Shown here piece by piece: positions 42,519 to 52,462 of a stretch of 64,000 bases of DNA. The DNA is from an uncultured Gemmatimonadaceae bacterium (GTDB taxonomy: Bacteria; Gemmatimonadota; Gemmatimonadetes; Gemmatimonadales; Gemmatimonadaceae): NCBI GenBank assembly GCA_963822945.1, contig CAWGJO010000006.1, forward strand, positions 10,712 through 74,711, read 5' to 3'. A program made the position numbers and the translations under genes. The notes below the pieces were generated by a model. The model was not told where the DNA came from and ran no database searches. It saw only the letters and a program-made list of their open reading frames with translations. Numbering within the stretch: position 1 is the stretch's first letter; each line of letters begins with the position of its first letter.

Positions 42519-42827
42519 ATGCTCACCTACAACGCGCCGGACGGCATTCAGTACACCGTTCAGGTTGCGGTTCCGGCTTCCAGCAACGCCGTGGTGTACT
42601 TCCGGCACCCCGACGGGCAGCACACGCGCCTCGACCGGTACAACTGGTACATCAGCCACGGGCCCGAGGCGCGCAGCGTCACGGGCCGACTCGATCCGAA
42701 GCTCGTGGAACAGTCGCTGGACCAGGAGATGCTGGCGCGGCTCTTCCGCCGGTCGATGCCGGTGTCGCGTCCCGATCCGGCGCACGACGTCTGGCGTTCG
42801 GAGACATCACACTCTGGGCGGAACTGA
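42519..42827 (+). CDS. Hypothetical protein
   Basis: MLTYNAPDG...; GC3-biased ORF between known genes. Confidence 0.6.
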   Translation: MLTYNAPDGIQYTVQVAVPASSNAVVYFRHPDGQHTRLDRYNWYISHGPEARSVTGRLDPKLVEQSLDQEMLARLFRRSMPVSRPDPAHDVWRSETSHSGRN

Positions 42828-43757
42828 GCCCTCTCCCGCGTCGCGGTAGGGCACGTCGATCTCCATTCCGTCCTTCCCCACGACCGTGTCGCGGAACACT
42901 TCCCGCGCCTCGCGGGCGAGGTCGGACGTATCGCGCGAGTAGCGCGCCGACAGGTGCGTGAGCACGAGCCGGCGCACGCCGGCCTTCGCGGCGACCTCCG
43001 CCGCTTCCCTCGCCGTGGAGTGCCCGGTCTCCCGCGCGCGCTCCGCCTCCTCATCCGCGAACGTGGCCTCGTGGAGCAGCAGATCGGCGTCGCGTGACAT
43101 CTCGATGGTGGTCTCGCAGGGGCGTGTGTCGCCGGTGACCACCACCGTGCGGCCCGGACGCTCGGGGCCCACGAGTTCGCCGGGCTCCACGACGCGCCCG
43201 TCGGCAAGGGTCACCGCCTGGCCGCGGTGGATCTGCCCCCACTGCGGCCCTTCGGGAATGCCGAGTTCGCGCGCCCGCTCCGGGTTGAAGCGTCCCTTGC
43301 GGACCTGTTCGATGAGCGCATAGCCGAACGAGGTCGCCGGGCCGTGGTCCACGGGGAAGGGCACGATCGCATAGTCGCCGTACTCCACGCGCTGCATCGC
43401 GTCCAGTTCGACGATCTCCACCGGGAAGCTGATGCGATCGACGCCGAACTCCTTGGCCCGTTTCAGATGCCGGCCCGCGCCGCGGGGGCCGAACAGTCGC
43501 ATGGCGTCGGTGCGTCCCTGCAGCGCCATGGTGCGCATGAGGCCGATCACGCCGATCACGTGGTCGGCGTGGAAGTGCGTGAAGTAGATGTCGCGCAGGG
43601 AGAACGACACGCCGTAGCGCATCATCTGGCGCTGGGTGCCCTCGCCGCAGTCGAACATGATCGTCTCGCCCTCGCGCACGAGGACCACGGAAGACACGTT
43701 GCGCTCCACCGTGGGGCGCGAGGCGGAGGTGCCGAGCAGGCCGAGGGAGAGGGACAT
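42807..43757 (-). CDS. rnz: Ribonuclease Z
   Basis: FDCGEGTQ, THFHADH, exosite GxPxGP, GDTRP, HEATF, GHST and THLSARY. Confidence 0.95.
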   Translation of the reverse strand: MSLSLGLLGTSASRPTVERNVSSVVLVREGETIMFDCGEGTQRQMMRYGVSFSLRDIYFTHFHADHVIGVIGLMRTMALQGRTDAMRLFGPRGAGRHLKRAKEFGVDRISFPVEIVELDAMQRVEYGDYAIVPFPVDHGPATSFGYALIEQVRKGRFNPERARELGIPEGPQWGQIHRGQAVTLADGRVVEPGELVGPERPGRTVVVTGDTRPCETTIEMSRDADLLLHEATFADEEAERARETGHSTAREAAEVAAKAGVRRLVLTHLSARYSRDTSDLAREAREVFRDTVVGKDGMEIDVPYRDAGEGSVPPRV

Positions 43758-43773
43758 GGGGGTGCAATATAGA

Positions 43774-43845
43774 GACGGTCGGACGGTCAGACAGTCGGAC
43801 AGTCGGACAGTCAGACAGTCGGACAGTCGGACAGTCGGACAGTCA
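43774..43845. repeat. 8-bp tandem array (GACRGTCR x9)
   Basis: Direct reading; fills most of the gap between the dehydratase and rnz. Confidence 0.95.
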
Positions 43846-44816
43846 GGAAGCGGAGTGGTCCAGCACCGCGCGCCAGCGTGCGTCGTCGATGTTGCCGCCC
43901 GAGACGATGACGGCGGCCGGAAATTCGAGCCGCGACTTGTTGAACAGCACCGCGCCGGTGGCGACAGCGCCCGCCCCCTCGACCTTCAGGTCGTGCGCGA
44001 CGTGCAGCAGCGCGATCGCCTTGCCGATCTCCTCCTCGGTGAGCAGCACGATGTCGTCGAGCGCGTGGAGTCCGATGTCGAGCGCTTCCTCGTCGATCTG
44101 GCCGGCCAGGCCGTCGGCGAGGGTGGGCGTCACCGGGATCTCGATCACTCGGCGCGCGGCCACCGACCTGGCCATCGCCGCGGTCTGGTCGCTCTGCGCG
44201 CCGACGATGCGGACCGGCGGCGCTTCGCGGCGCAGCAGCGAGGCGCATCCGCCCAACAGTCCCCCCCGCCCACGCATACCACGAGCGTGCGCAGCTCCGG
44301 AAGCTGCTGCATGATTTCCAGCGCCACCGTGCCCTGGCCTGCCAGGAGCATGTCGCCGAGGCAGGGGTTGATGAACGTCAGTCCGTGTTCGCGGCCGAAC
44401 GCCTTGGCCGCCGCCATCGCGGCGTCGTAGTCGGGTTGCGAATCGTCCAGCGTGGCGCCGAGCGCGCGGATGCCCGACTTCTTGACCTCCGGGGCGTTGG
44501 CGGGCACGAAGATCGTGGCCGCTATGCCCAGCGCTCTGGCGGCGTAGGCGACGCCCAGTCCGTGGTTGCCGGCGGACGAGGCGACCACGCCGCGCCGCTT
44601 GGCGTCGGGAGGGAGTGTGGCCAGCGCGTTGAGCGCTCCGCGCAACTTGAAGGAGCCCGTGACCTGGCGGTTCTCGAGCTTCAGGTAGACATCGCCGCCG
44701 GCGATGTGCGACAGCGCGTCGCTCTTGAGCAGCGGGGTGCGGATCGCGTGGGCCGCGATGCGGTCGGCGGCACGGTGCACTTCCAGTGGGCGGAGATCTT
44801 CGAACATGGGGGGCAT
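43843..44816 (-). CDS. Threonine/serine dehydratase (PLP); frameshift ~44265
   Basis: LKLEN.Q.TGSFKLRGA, SSAGNHG, GQGTVALE, VGGGGL and VSGGN. Confidence 0.92.
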
Positions 44817-44957
44817 GCTAGGGCGGCCCGGGGTGCCGAGCAAGGGAACATCCGGGTCCCGGGCCGGGCGGGTGCGCCGTCCCGGGTCCGGGCCGGCCGG
44901 GGGACCGGATGGCGTGGGCACGCGAGTTGTGACCGTAAGCACAAGCCGGTCGTCACC

Positions 44958-44986
44958 TTGACTGTAGAGGGTCGTGAGACTAGGAT
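44958..44986 (+). promoter_or_regulatory. Sigma70 promoter for tRNA-Ala
   Basis: TTGACT-17 bp-TAGGAT. Confidence 0.6.
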
Positions 44987-45079
44987 TCACTCAGTCGAGC
45001 GGCCCCGCACGCGGGGCCGTTGCTGTAGGAACCCGGGTGCGAACGGGCAGCGCAGTCTTTCCGGCGTCTCGGGCCTTTC

Positions 45080-45152
45080 GGGGCTGTAGCTCAGCTGGGA
45101 GAGCGCTGCAATCGCACTGCAGAGGTCAGGGGTTCGATCCCCCTCAGCTCCA
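45080..45152 (+). tRNA. tRNA-Ala(CGC), CCA not encoded
   Basis: GGGGCTG/CAGCTCC acceptor with G3:U70; anticodon arm CTGCA-ATCGCAC-TGCAG; GGTTCGATC T-loop. Confidence 0.95.
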
Positions 45153-45244
45153 TTCGCGAGGCAACTCGCGCAAAAATAATTGCCCGCCGCCGTTCGGTAG
45201 GACGGAGAGTTCCAATGACGGCGAGCGTGGCAAACAACAATGGC

Positions 45245-45280
45245 AACGCCGCGAACCAAGTGTTCGCGGCGTTCTTGTTT
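45245..45280. terminator. Hairpin, probable terminator between tRNA-Ala and the convergent gene
   Basis: 12-bp stem AACGCCGCGAAC/GTTCGCGGCGTT followed by CTTGTTTT. Confidence 0.55.
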
Positions 45281-45302
45281 TGAGACGGTTGGCCGAAGGC
45301 AG

Positions 45303-46616
45303 CTACTTCGGCGGAAGGAGCGCTCCGTAATCGGAGCGTGCTGCGTCGAAGGCGTGGCCGAAGAAGGCGAATTCCTGCTTCTCGACGTCACCGTTCTGGT
45401 CCAGGAGCACGCGCGAGATCAGTCCGCCGATGAAGCGCATGATGGAGCTCTCGTGGACTTCCGCGTGCGAGCGCCGGGTGAGGATGGTCTGCGCGCCGGC
45501 CGTGTCGCGCACCGAGACCTCGTACCACATCCCCTGGCCCTGGAAGGGGCGCTTGAGGGGCGCGCTCAGGAAGTGCGCCGCGGCGAAGGGCAGCAGCCAG
45601 TCGGGTTCCTGTCCGAAGTGGAGCGTCCACGAACGCTCGTGCGCCGAGCGCGCGATGACGAAGTCCGAGGTGAAGTGGTGCACGCCCACCCGGAAGAACT
45701 TGACCTTGGTGGAGAACGAGCCCGACAGCACCAGCGAATCGGGGAGCGGGCGTTCGCCGCCGGCGAGGGGAAGGAAGTCGCGTCCGAGCACGCGCGCCCG
45801 CACCACGACCGGCGGGCCGTCGGAGCGCGCCGAGAAGTATTCGGCGCCCGCATGCGACGACAGATGAAAGTCGTATTGCGTGGGGCCGACGTACTTCTTC
45901 ATGTATTCGGCGAACGCCGGGTACCTGGCCCGCAGCCGGTCGGGGTGGAGCGTGAAGTGCATCGTCACCAGTTCCGACCCGTCCGGTTGGCGCTCGGCGA
46001 GCAGCGAGTCCATGGAGAAGAGCTGGGACGCCACGGCGCTCGTGCGCGGGAACGCGGCCAGATAGTCGGCGCGGATGGCGCTGTCGCTGCGGGCGCCCGC
46101 CGAGGTGAGGAGGCCGACGATGCCGTCCGCCACGTCGCGCGCGCTGATGCTGCCGAAGGCGATGGCGACGTCGGTGTCCCAGGCGTAGTCGTCGTCGCCG
46201 AGCTTGCGAAGGCGCACCAGGTGCTTGGCGTCGCCCAGCTTCGCGGGCCAGGGCACCGAGTCCATCACTTCCTGCTCGGTGATGCCCGCGGGCGTGACGA
46301 ATTCGCTGAGTTCGAGCTGGCGGGTGAGCGAATCGGGTTCACGCGTCCAGACCGTCGTGTCGTCGAACACGTGCGACGGTACGAGCACCGTGCTGGCCAG
46401 CCGGTCGCGGACGTGCGCGTAGCGGGGGCCGTGGTGGATGTTGGCGTAGCGTTCGTAGAGCGCGGTGAAGGCCTGTTCCACGCGCTGGCGGCCGCCCGGT
46501 GTGGTGCCGGCGAGGGGAAGGGCGCCTTCGCGGCAGGCGCCCAGACCAAGGGCCGCTGCCAGGGCGAGCGCGGTGGCCGTTCGGCGGCGACTGGCCGGGG
46601 AGGTGGAGCGTGGCGT
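45303..46616 (-). CDS. Hypothetical lipoprotein (start codon unresolved)
   Basis: ORF 45303-46481 stays open upstream into RRRTATALALAAALGLGAC (Cys codon 46533-46535). Confidence 0.65.
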   Translation of the reverse strand, partial: TPRSTSPASRRRTATALALAAALGLGACREGALPLAGTTPGGRQRVEQAFTALYERYANIHHGPRYAHVRDRLASTVLVPSHVFDDTTVWTREPDSLTRQLELSEFVTPAGITEQEVMDSVPWPAKLGDAKHLVRLRKLGDDDYAWDTDVAIAFGSISARDVADGIVGLLTSAGARSDSAIRADYLAAFPRTSAVASQLFSMDSLLAERQPDGSELVTMHFTLHPDRLRARYPAFAEYMKKYVGPTQYDFHLSSHAGAEYFSARSDGPPVVVRARVLGRDFLPLAGGERPLPDSLVLSGSFSTKVKFFRVGVHHFTSDFVIARSAHERSWTLHFGQEPDWLLPFAAAHFLSAPLKRPFQGQGMWYEVSVRDTAGAQTILTRRSHAEVHESSIMRFIGGLISRVLLDQNGDVEKQEFAFFGHAFDAARSDYGALLPPK

Positions 46617-46734
46617 AAGTCTAGAAATGAACAGGACTAAGCTCGACTTTCGGGGGCGGCGGCGAGGGTTGCCTTTGCGTAAGTCGAAAACTAACTTTGG
46701 GGGCCTCGGCGCGCAGTTATACGTTCGAGGTAGA

Positions 46735-46807
46735 TGCCCCTTGGTGTAACTGGCAACACGCCTGACTCTGGATCAGGAGAGTCCTGGTTCGATCCCAGGA
46801 GGGGCAA
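46735..46807 (+). tRNA. tRNA-Gln(CTG)
   Basis: TGCCCCT/AGGGGCA acceptor; CCTGA-CTCTGGA-TCAGG anticodon arm; GGTTCGATCC. Confidence 0.95.
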
Positions 46808-46814
46808 CTGCAAT

Positions 46815-46848
46815 AGCCCGTGGACGTTCCACCGTCTGCGGGCTTTTT
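46815..46848 (+). terminator. Intrinsic terminator after tRNA-Gln
   Basis: AGCCCGTGGACG..CGTCTGCGGGCT plus a T tract. Confidence 0.8.
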
Positions 46849-46944
46849 GCATGCCCCCCGGAATCGTGGCGCCTCAAGAGTCCCCTCAATAGTCCCGCCG
46901 CGAGCCGCGAGTCGAGAAAGGGCCGTGTAGGTCACTGGATATGT

Positions 46945-47331
46945 GTGAAACACACATCCATTGGCGACCTGCCAGCCGAGTGGCGGGAGCGAGCGGACTA
47001 CCTCCGCGAGTACGGCGATACCAACTCGGCCAAACTGTGGGAACTCGCCGCCGCTGAACTCGAACGCGCGTGGACCGCATTCGGCGAGGACACGCTGTCC
47101 TTGGCCGATGCCGCGCGGCAATCCGGCTACACGCCCGGACACCTCGGCGCGCTGGTCAAGCGTGGCCTGATCCCCAATGCCGGGCGTCGTGGCGCCCCGC
47201 GCATCCGTCGCAGTGATCTGCCGGTGAAGCAGCCCGGCGGTCCTGGCCGCCCCTCCCGACCTCGGGCGGTCCCCAGCCGCGCACACCTTCGGCGCGCGGC
47301 CCTTTCCACCCCTCCGCAGGAGACTCCATGA
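46945..47331 (+). CDS. Excisionase-like HTH protein
   Basis: LSLADAARQSGYTPGHLGALVKRGLIP..RIRRSDL; ATGA overlap with the integrase. Confidence 0.7.
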   Translation: MKHTSIGDLPAEWRERADYLREYGDTNSAKLWELAAAELERAWTAFGEDTLSLADAARQSGYTPGHLGALVKRGLIPNAGRRGAPRIRRSDLPVKQPGGPGRPSRPRAVPSRAHLRRAALSTPPQETP

Positions 47332-48519
47332 AACGGAAACTGTGGTCCGTCACTCGCATCACGCACCCCAAGCACCCCGGCTTGGTGGTCCGCGTGGGCG
47401 AGTATCAATCCGGCGGCACGCTGCACGTGTTCCGCTGGGTGCGCGGCAAGCAAATCAGCCGCTCATTGAAGTGTCGGCGCGTCGATCTCGGGACCACGAC
47501 GCGGCAGCAGGAACGCGAGGCGCGACGCTTGGGCGCGGAGTTCATTGAAGAACTCGCATCCGCCCCGCCCGAGAGCGGCGATGAGGATCCCACGCGCCAT
47601 CGGCTCCGGGGACCGCTGACGTTGAGCGCACTCGCGGATCGCTACGAACGGGACGGGTTCGCGGGGCGCACGAAGGGGTACAAGCGGGACGCCCTGGCCT
47701 CGATACGCCGTGTGGCGGCGGCGCTCGGCGCCGATCTGCCCATCGCCCACATCAAACCCTCTCACCTCGCACGTTACCTCGCTGCGCGGGTGGCGGAGGG
47801 GCATGCGCCCGCTGGGCGGCGTGACTTGGTGGCGACGACCATCGCGCTGAACTGGGCGTGCGGTGAGGAGTTGATTGACGCGAACCCGCTGGCGACCAAA
47901 CGCGCCCGCGACGCCATGCGGATCGACCACGAGCCTCGCCGCCCGGTGGTCACGAAGGCCCGTTACGCGGCGCTCTGCCAGGTGGCCCCGCAACTGCCGC
48001 CCGCATTCCTGCCGCTGCTGCATCTGGCGTGGCACACCGGCCATCGGATCAGCGCCATTCTCGGGCTCCGCTGGGAGCATATCGTGTTCACCGCTACGCC
48101 CGACGCGCCCCACGGGCGGATCACCTGGTACGCCGGGGCCATTCGGAATCGCAAACGCCACGAGCACACGCTGCCGATGAACAAGCCCGCGCACGACGCG
48201 CTCCTCGTGTGGCAGCGGCGGCGGGGCAAACAGGTCGGGGCAGGGTGGGTGTTCCCGGGCGCAAAGGACCCCACACCAGCCGCTCGATCAATTCCCGCCC
48301 CGCACCTGGATGCGGAACGCCGAACGGCTCGCCAAGCTCCCCCACCTCGATGGCGGCAGTTGGCACCCCTTCCGCCGAGGGTGGGCCACCGCGCGGAAGG
48401 CGCTGCCGTTGAAGGACGTGGCCGCTGGGGGCGGGTGGACCGACACCGCGACCGTCCTCAAGTCATACCAGCACGCGGATGCCGAGGCGACCAAGGCGGC
48501 GACGACGTTCGTAGCGTAG
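47328..48519 (+). CDS. Tyrosine recombinase/integrase; frameshift ~48280
   Basis: HTGHRISAILGLRW (R), WHPFRR (HxxR), GGW and KSYQH (Y). Confidence 0.9.
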
Positions 48520-48625
48520 CCGGATACCGGCGAATTCTTCGGCAGGTGGGGTTTTTAGTTCTTTGAACCCACGCTGTCTGGCGTCGTTCCCTTGTCGTGG
48601 GCGTCGATAACGGTCAGTTTTCGGC

Positions 48626-49769
48626 TTGATCCTTCGCAGGCATCAACACGCCGACATCGACGCCGCCTACAACTTGTTGACGTCAGGGAAGTCTCTCCGT
48701 ATAGGACCCGGCCAATCCGGCCAGCCGATCGCCTCCATCTGGAAGTTTTGGGTTGAAGGGAAGGAGGTGTATGCGATGAACCGCGACTTCGGTATCCCGA
48801 AGATTAGCGTGCATGCCTCCGGCCAGATTCACTACCGTCCGACCCCCCGGGACGTGCAACTGCTTGCTCCGGCCCTACCGCTGCCGGACACGCCGTGGCA
48901 AGCGGCTCTGCAGATTCGATTCCTGATCACCGCCAACCGCACCCATCAGCGCCTCACCAAGAGCTTAAGAGGGGCGAAGAGGCGCGCCTCGTACAGGTCG
49001 GGGACGGCCAAATGCTGATCCTAGACCTGTTGGTTGCTCCTCCCGGCACGCGAGGGGACACTGCCAACCCGCCTGTTCTTTCCAGCGCGCAGCGCGCGTG
49101 GGCGGCATCGCTGCACGGATGGGCGTCAAGCGCTGCTCCTGGCCCGAGTGACCGATCTCGATGAAGAGAACAGGGGACACGCCGCATTTCTGCGGGGCCC
49201 GGACCGCCCGAAACTGACGGGTCGCAGGGGCAGTCCCCGAAATCCTGCGCATTCGCGGTAGCTCGGAAGGAAACATTCTGCTGATCGTCCCGGCCAGGCC
49301 TGAGGCAGTTCGAACGCTCGGTCCCCCAGCGTCGCAGGAGCCTGATCCTGCGCTTAGACGTCAGCCGAGCGCCAATATCTCCTGCCCAGACGCCCGCTGT
49401 GAGATTGTCGCCCCCGACGGGAGACCGGTAGGAATCCTAGGCCTGACCGGCTCCAACTCTGTCGTGACACTGTCGAAGAATGATCGCGTGATGGTGCAAC
49501 TCGGTGTGGTAAGGCTCACGTTGCATGAGGCCAATTTGATTCCGGACGGGCGCTTCGAACTGCCGACGATTCACCTCGCGTACATTCCGGCCGTTGGGAG
49601 CCTTCGCCCGCGCGAGTGGGGGCTCAATGCTCGGTGCACGTTCGACGGCGCCGTGTTCAAGGTTGAACTCGCCCCCAAGTCCGTTGGTCTGTTGCCGAAC
49701 GGCGCCCCGCCAACACCTGAGGTCCTTGCCGATGAGCAACTTCGTTCACTTCGCCACCGTCGACGCTAG
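48626..49769 (+). CDS. Hypothetical cargo protein, fragmented over several frames (ends uncertain)
   Basis: Protein-like consecutive segments in ORFs 48626-49018, 48895-49164, 49034-49261 and 49464-49769. Confidence 0.45.
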
Positions 49770-50168
49770 TTCTGACGGCGACCCGATCAAATCCAATCGC
49801 AACAGCGGCACTCAACGGGACACTTGTCCTGCACGACAGAATATCACCGTCGCAACCAAGCTGATCCACATGCCTGAATGGTACCGGTTCAAGTTTTTCT
49901 CTGGCGTTCTCTGCGCCTTGTCACGAGCGTCAAGTGATCGCCCTACCTCACGCGCTGCAACACGCCCCAAGACTACCTGCATACCCGCACCGACGACGAG
50001 ATCAAAGAACTACAGGTCGCGTTCACTGTCAGGCTGCACAACCACCACCGAGAGGAACGATCTGGCCCGCCTCATTCACGCCGAGGGGCGCCGACGCAGG
50101 CTGTGGTAGCCGCTGCCGGGCGCGATGATTGCCCACCGCGCCGTCAATGAACGATTGAGGCCGAACCC

Positions 50169-50978
50169 ATGCTCGCTATCGTCGTTACCGTCGGACTCAG
50201 TCTCTTGTCGCTGTACGTCGGCATGGCGGCAGCAGGCGCGCAGCAAGACCGGGCTGCCTTGCGACGGCAGCGCGGTGTGGCCAAGGCGCTGCTGGCCGAA
50301 CTCGACCGCATCGACGCGGAGATTTCCCGCATGCAGCAGACGGGGCTTCTCCCATACACGGGCTACCCCCCGGTTCCGGTCCCCACCACGATTCATCGCT
50401 GGATTGAGGGCCTCATCTCGCAAATTGCCGACGAGGCCCCAGATGTTGTTGGTGGGTTCATGCGCCTAGAAGTAGCGCTCGTTGTGTTAGCGCAGGTCAC
50501 CGACCGCGCTCGAACCTCATTCACCGCAGTCGGCCACGCCTACGATGACTTTATGCTCTATGAGGAGAGGCGTCGGGAAGACTTTTCGGCGTGGCGACAT
50601 GACGGGAACACCAACCGATGGGCTGCCCCCGCACCAGACGCGACGATGGACGAACTGCCGGACGACGCGGAATCGCTTCTGCGACTCGAACTGAGATCTC
50701 CTTCGCTCAAGGCGGCCGCTGCCGCCAAGCGCAAATGGCTTGAGGCGGTGGCAATCAACGAGAAAGACGTTGCGGAGTATCGGAGTCAACCCTTGGCCGT
50801 CAGGTCAATCTTGATCCGCCTCCAAGAACGGCTCTACCCAATCGCGCGCCGGGTGATCCCGACACTTCCAAACCTCGTGTTGAAGACGGCTATTCCACTG
50901 GTCGAAGATGCTCAAGACGCGCAACGGGCGGATGAGAAAGCACTCGAGGAATTCCGCTCCGGACACCGCCAGTTGTAG
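50169..50978 (+). CDS. Hypothetical protein, N-terminal TM plus helical domain
   Basis: 269-aa ORF with a hydrophobic N-terminus, atypical codon use and GAGG RBS. Confidence 0.65.
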   Translation: MLAIVVTVGLSLLSLYVGMAAAGAQQDRAALRRQRGVAKALLAELDRIDAEISRMQQTGLLPYTGYPPVPVPTTIHRWIEGLISQIADEAPDVVGGFMRLEVALVVLAQVTDRARTSFTAVGHAYDDFMLYEERRREDFSAWRHDGNTNRWAAPAPDATMDELPDDAESLLRLELRSPSLKAAAAAKRKWLEAVAINEKDVAEYRSQPLAVRSILIRLQERLYPIARRVIPTLPNLVLKTAIPLVEDAQDAQRADEKALEEFRSGHRQL

Positions 50979-51007
50979 CACGCCGTCCACCCGCGCGCTG
51001 CACGAGT

Positions 51008-51292
51008 TTACTTGCGCCGCTCGCCTTCCCGCTCCACCGCGTCCGCGAGCGTCAGGAGCGCAGCGGCGTGCTGCCGCACTGCCTGCACGAGCTGGGCCCG
51101 CGTGGCAAGCTTGGGCGTTGAGGTGCCCTGCTGCCACGCCATCGCCGCACTCCGGCCCACTCCGGCCCATCGGCCGATCACCGTCAGCGTGGGGCGCAGG
51201 GCATCCAGCAGCGCGGGGAGGTGGTTCGCGGACTTCGGCGGGACCTTCACGAGATCACCGGGCCCCCAGGTGAAACGACTGTTGCGTGCCAT
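51008..51292 (-). CDS. Small XRE-like HTH protein
   Basis: TLTVIGRWAGVGRSAAMAWQQGTSTP; GGAGG RBS. Confidence 0.6.
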   Translation of the reverse strand: MARNSRFTWGPGDLVKVPPKSANHLPALLDALRPTLTVIGRWAGVGRSAAMAWQQGTSTPKLATRAQLVQAVRQHAAALLTLADAVEREGERRK

Positions 51293-51305
51293 AGCGTTCC
51301 TCCGG

Positions 51306-51557
51306 TCAGCGGACACGGGGCGGCCAGCACCCGAACTCGACTTCCTCTAACGCCTCGACTCGCGCGGTGGCGGTGGGAAGATCGTGCCAGAGGAATTCTA
51401 CGCGCACGCTGTCCGGGCGCGAGGACCACGCCACGCGACAGCGCACCGCGTAACAGTCCGGGACGTGGGGATCGGCCACCGCTTGGACGGCGGCGACGTG
51501 CGTGGCGCCGGTGTAGGCGCGGACATCCTTGGTGATCGTAGCGAGCAGCGGTTCCAT
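51306..51557 (-). CDS. Small hypothetical protein upstream of the HTH gene
   Basis: MEPLLATITKDV...; AGGAG RBS. Confidence 0.5.
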   Translation of the reverse strand: MEPLLATITKDVRAYTGATHVAAVQAVADPHVPDCYAVRCRVAWSSRPDSVRVEFLWHDLPTATARVEALEEVEFGCWPPRVR

Positions 51558-51737
51558 GCGAGGGCTCCTGTGTGAACGGTGGGCCATACGACAAGGGTCA
51601 TAATGACCAAGGCCCTCGCCCTGCCCAAGCGCCATGCCGCCCCGCTACTCTTGGCGGATCATCTTGATCCGCCCGCCACCCGCCCGAGAACTCGTGGCCT
51701 AGCAACGAGTTCTGTCGTTCACACGCGCTGATGAGGC

Positions 51738-51776
51738 ATCAGGAGAGTCCTGGCTTGATCCCAGGAGGGGCAACTG
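51738..51776 (+). repeat. att site: duplicated tRNA-Gln 3' half
   Basis: ATCAGGAGAGTCCTGGCTTGATCCCAGGAGGGGCAACTG. Confidence 0.92.
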
Positions 51777-51892
51777 AAAGCGACTCAACCAGTTCGGTTG
51801 GGTCGCATTCTTGTGGTTTCGGGGGGCGCCGCCAGATTGGTCGCTGCCGATTGTGGTCACCGGTTCAACTGGCGACAGACCGGAGGATAGAA

Positions 51893-52462
51893 TTGACCAG
51901 CAGCAAGAGGCCGCCGCGACGTGGAGGGCTCTACAGTCGCCCGAGCCATTGGCGCTCTTGGGTTTTGCGAGATGCTTCAGGGGTGGTCGTCGGCGCCGTC
52001 GCTATTCTCGCGTCCCTGTTCTACTTCAGCTTCAGCTGGAGGAACGTGGGCGCCGGCGTGGCGGTCTTGGTGATCTCGTACGTCTCGCTGCGCAGCGACC
52101 GGGCACGCCTTCGCGCCGTTGAGGCCGAGCAACCTCCGTTACCGCCGCCCGACCCGAATCCCCAGTTCCACTACGTTACGAGCGGCATCGGGATGGACGG
52201 CGGCACGTTCGTGTTCGCGCACGAGGGTCCGCTGCCCATCCGGAACCTCGACGTGGCGTGCAAGCACGGATCGGCCCGCGTGAGCCCGTCATCCGAGTTG
52301 GAGCCAGGCGCGAGGGTGACGGTGTCGATCCGTGGGCTCCGCGCTATCGAACCGACGTTTGGCTTCACCCTCACGTACACGGACGCCAACGGGGCTCAGT
52401 GCCGTGCAGTGTTCACATCCGTCGCGCGCGACCGCTTCACCATCGAGTACTCCACGGACTGA
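51893..52462 (+). CDS. Hypothetical membrane protein (2 TM plus beta-rich domain)
   Basis: GGAGGA RBS before TTG 51893; two hydrophobic helices. Confidence 0.55.
   Translation: MTSSKRPPRRGGLYSRPSHWRSWVLRDASGVVVGAVAILASLFYFSFSWRNVGAGVAVLVISYVSLRSDRARLRAVEAEQPPLPPPDPNPQFHYVTSGIGMDGGTFVFAHEGPLPIRNLDVACKHGSARVSPSSELEPGARVTVSIRGLRAIEPTFGFTLTYTDANGAQCRAVFTSVARDRFTIEYSTD

Larger units (their letters stand above)
46772..51776. mobile_element. ~5 kb integrative element in the tRNA-Gln 3' end
   Basis: 39-bp direct repeat 46772-46810 vs 51738-51776 (2 mismatches), with xis and int adjacent to the tRNA. Confidence 0.9.

Noticed and set aside
51738..51776. Second tRNA-Gln gene
   Set aside because: Only the 3' half is present and the T-loop is mutated; it is an att site.
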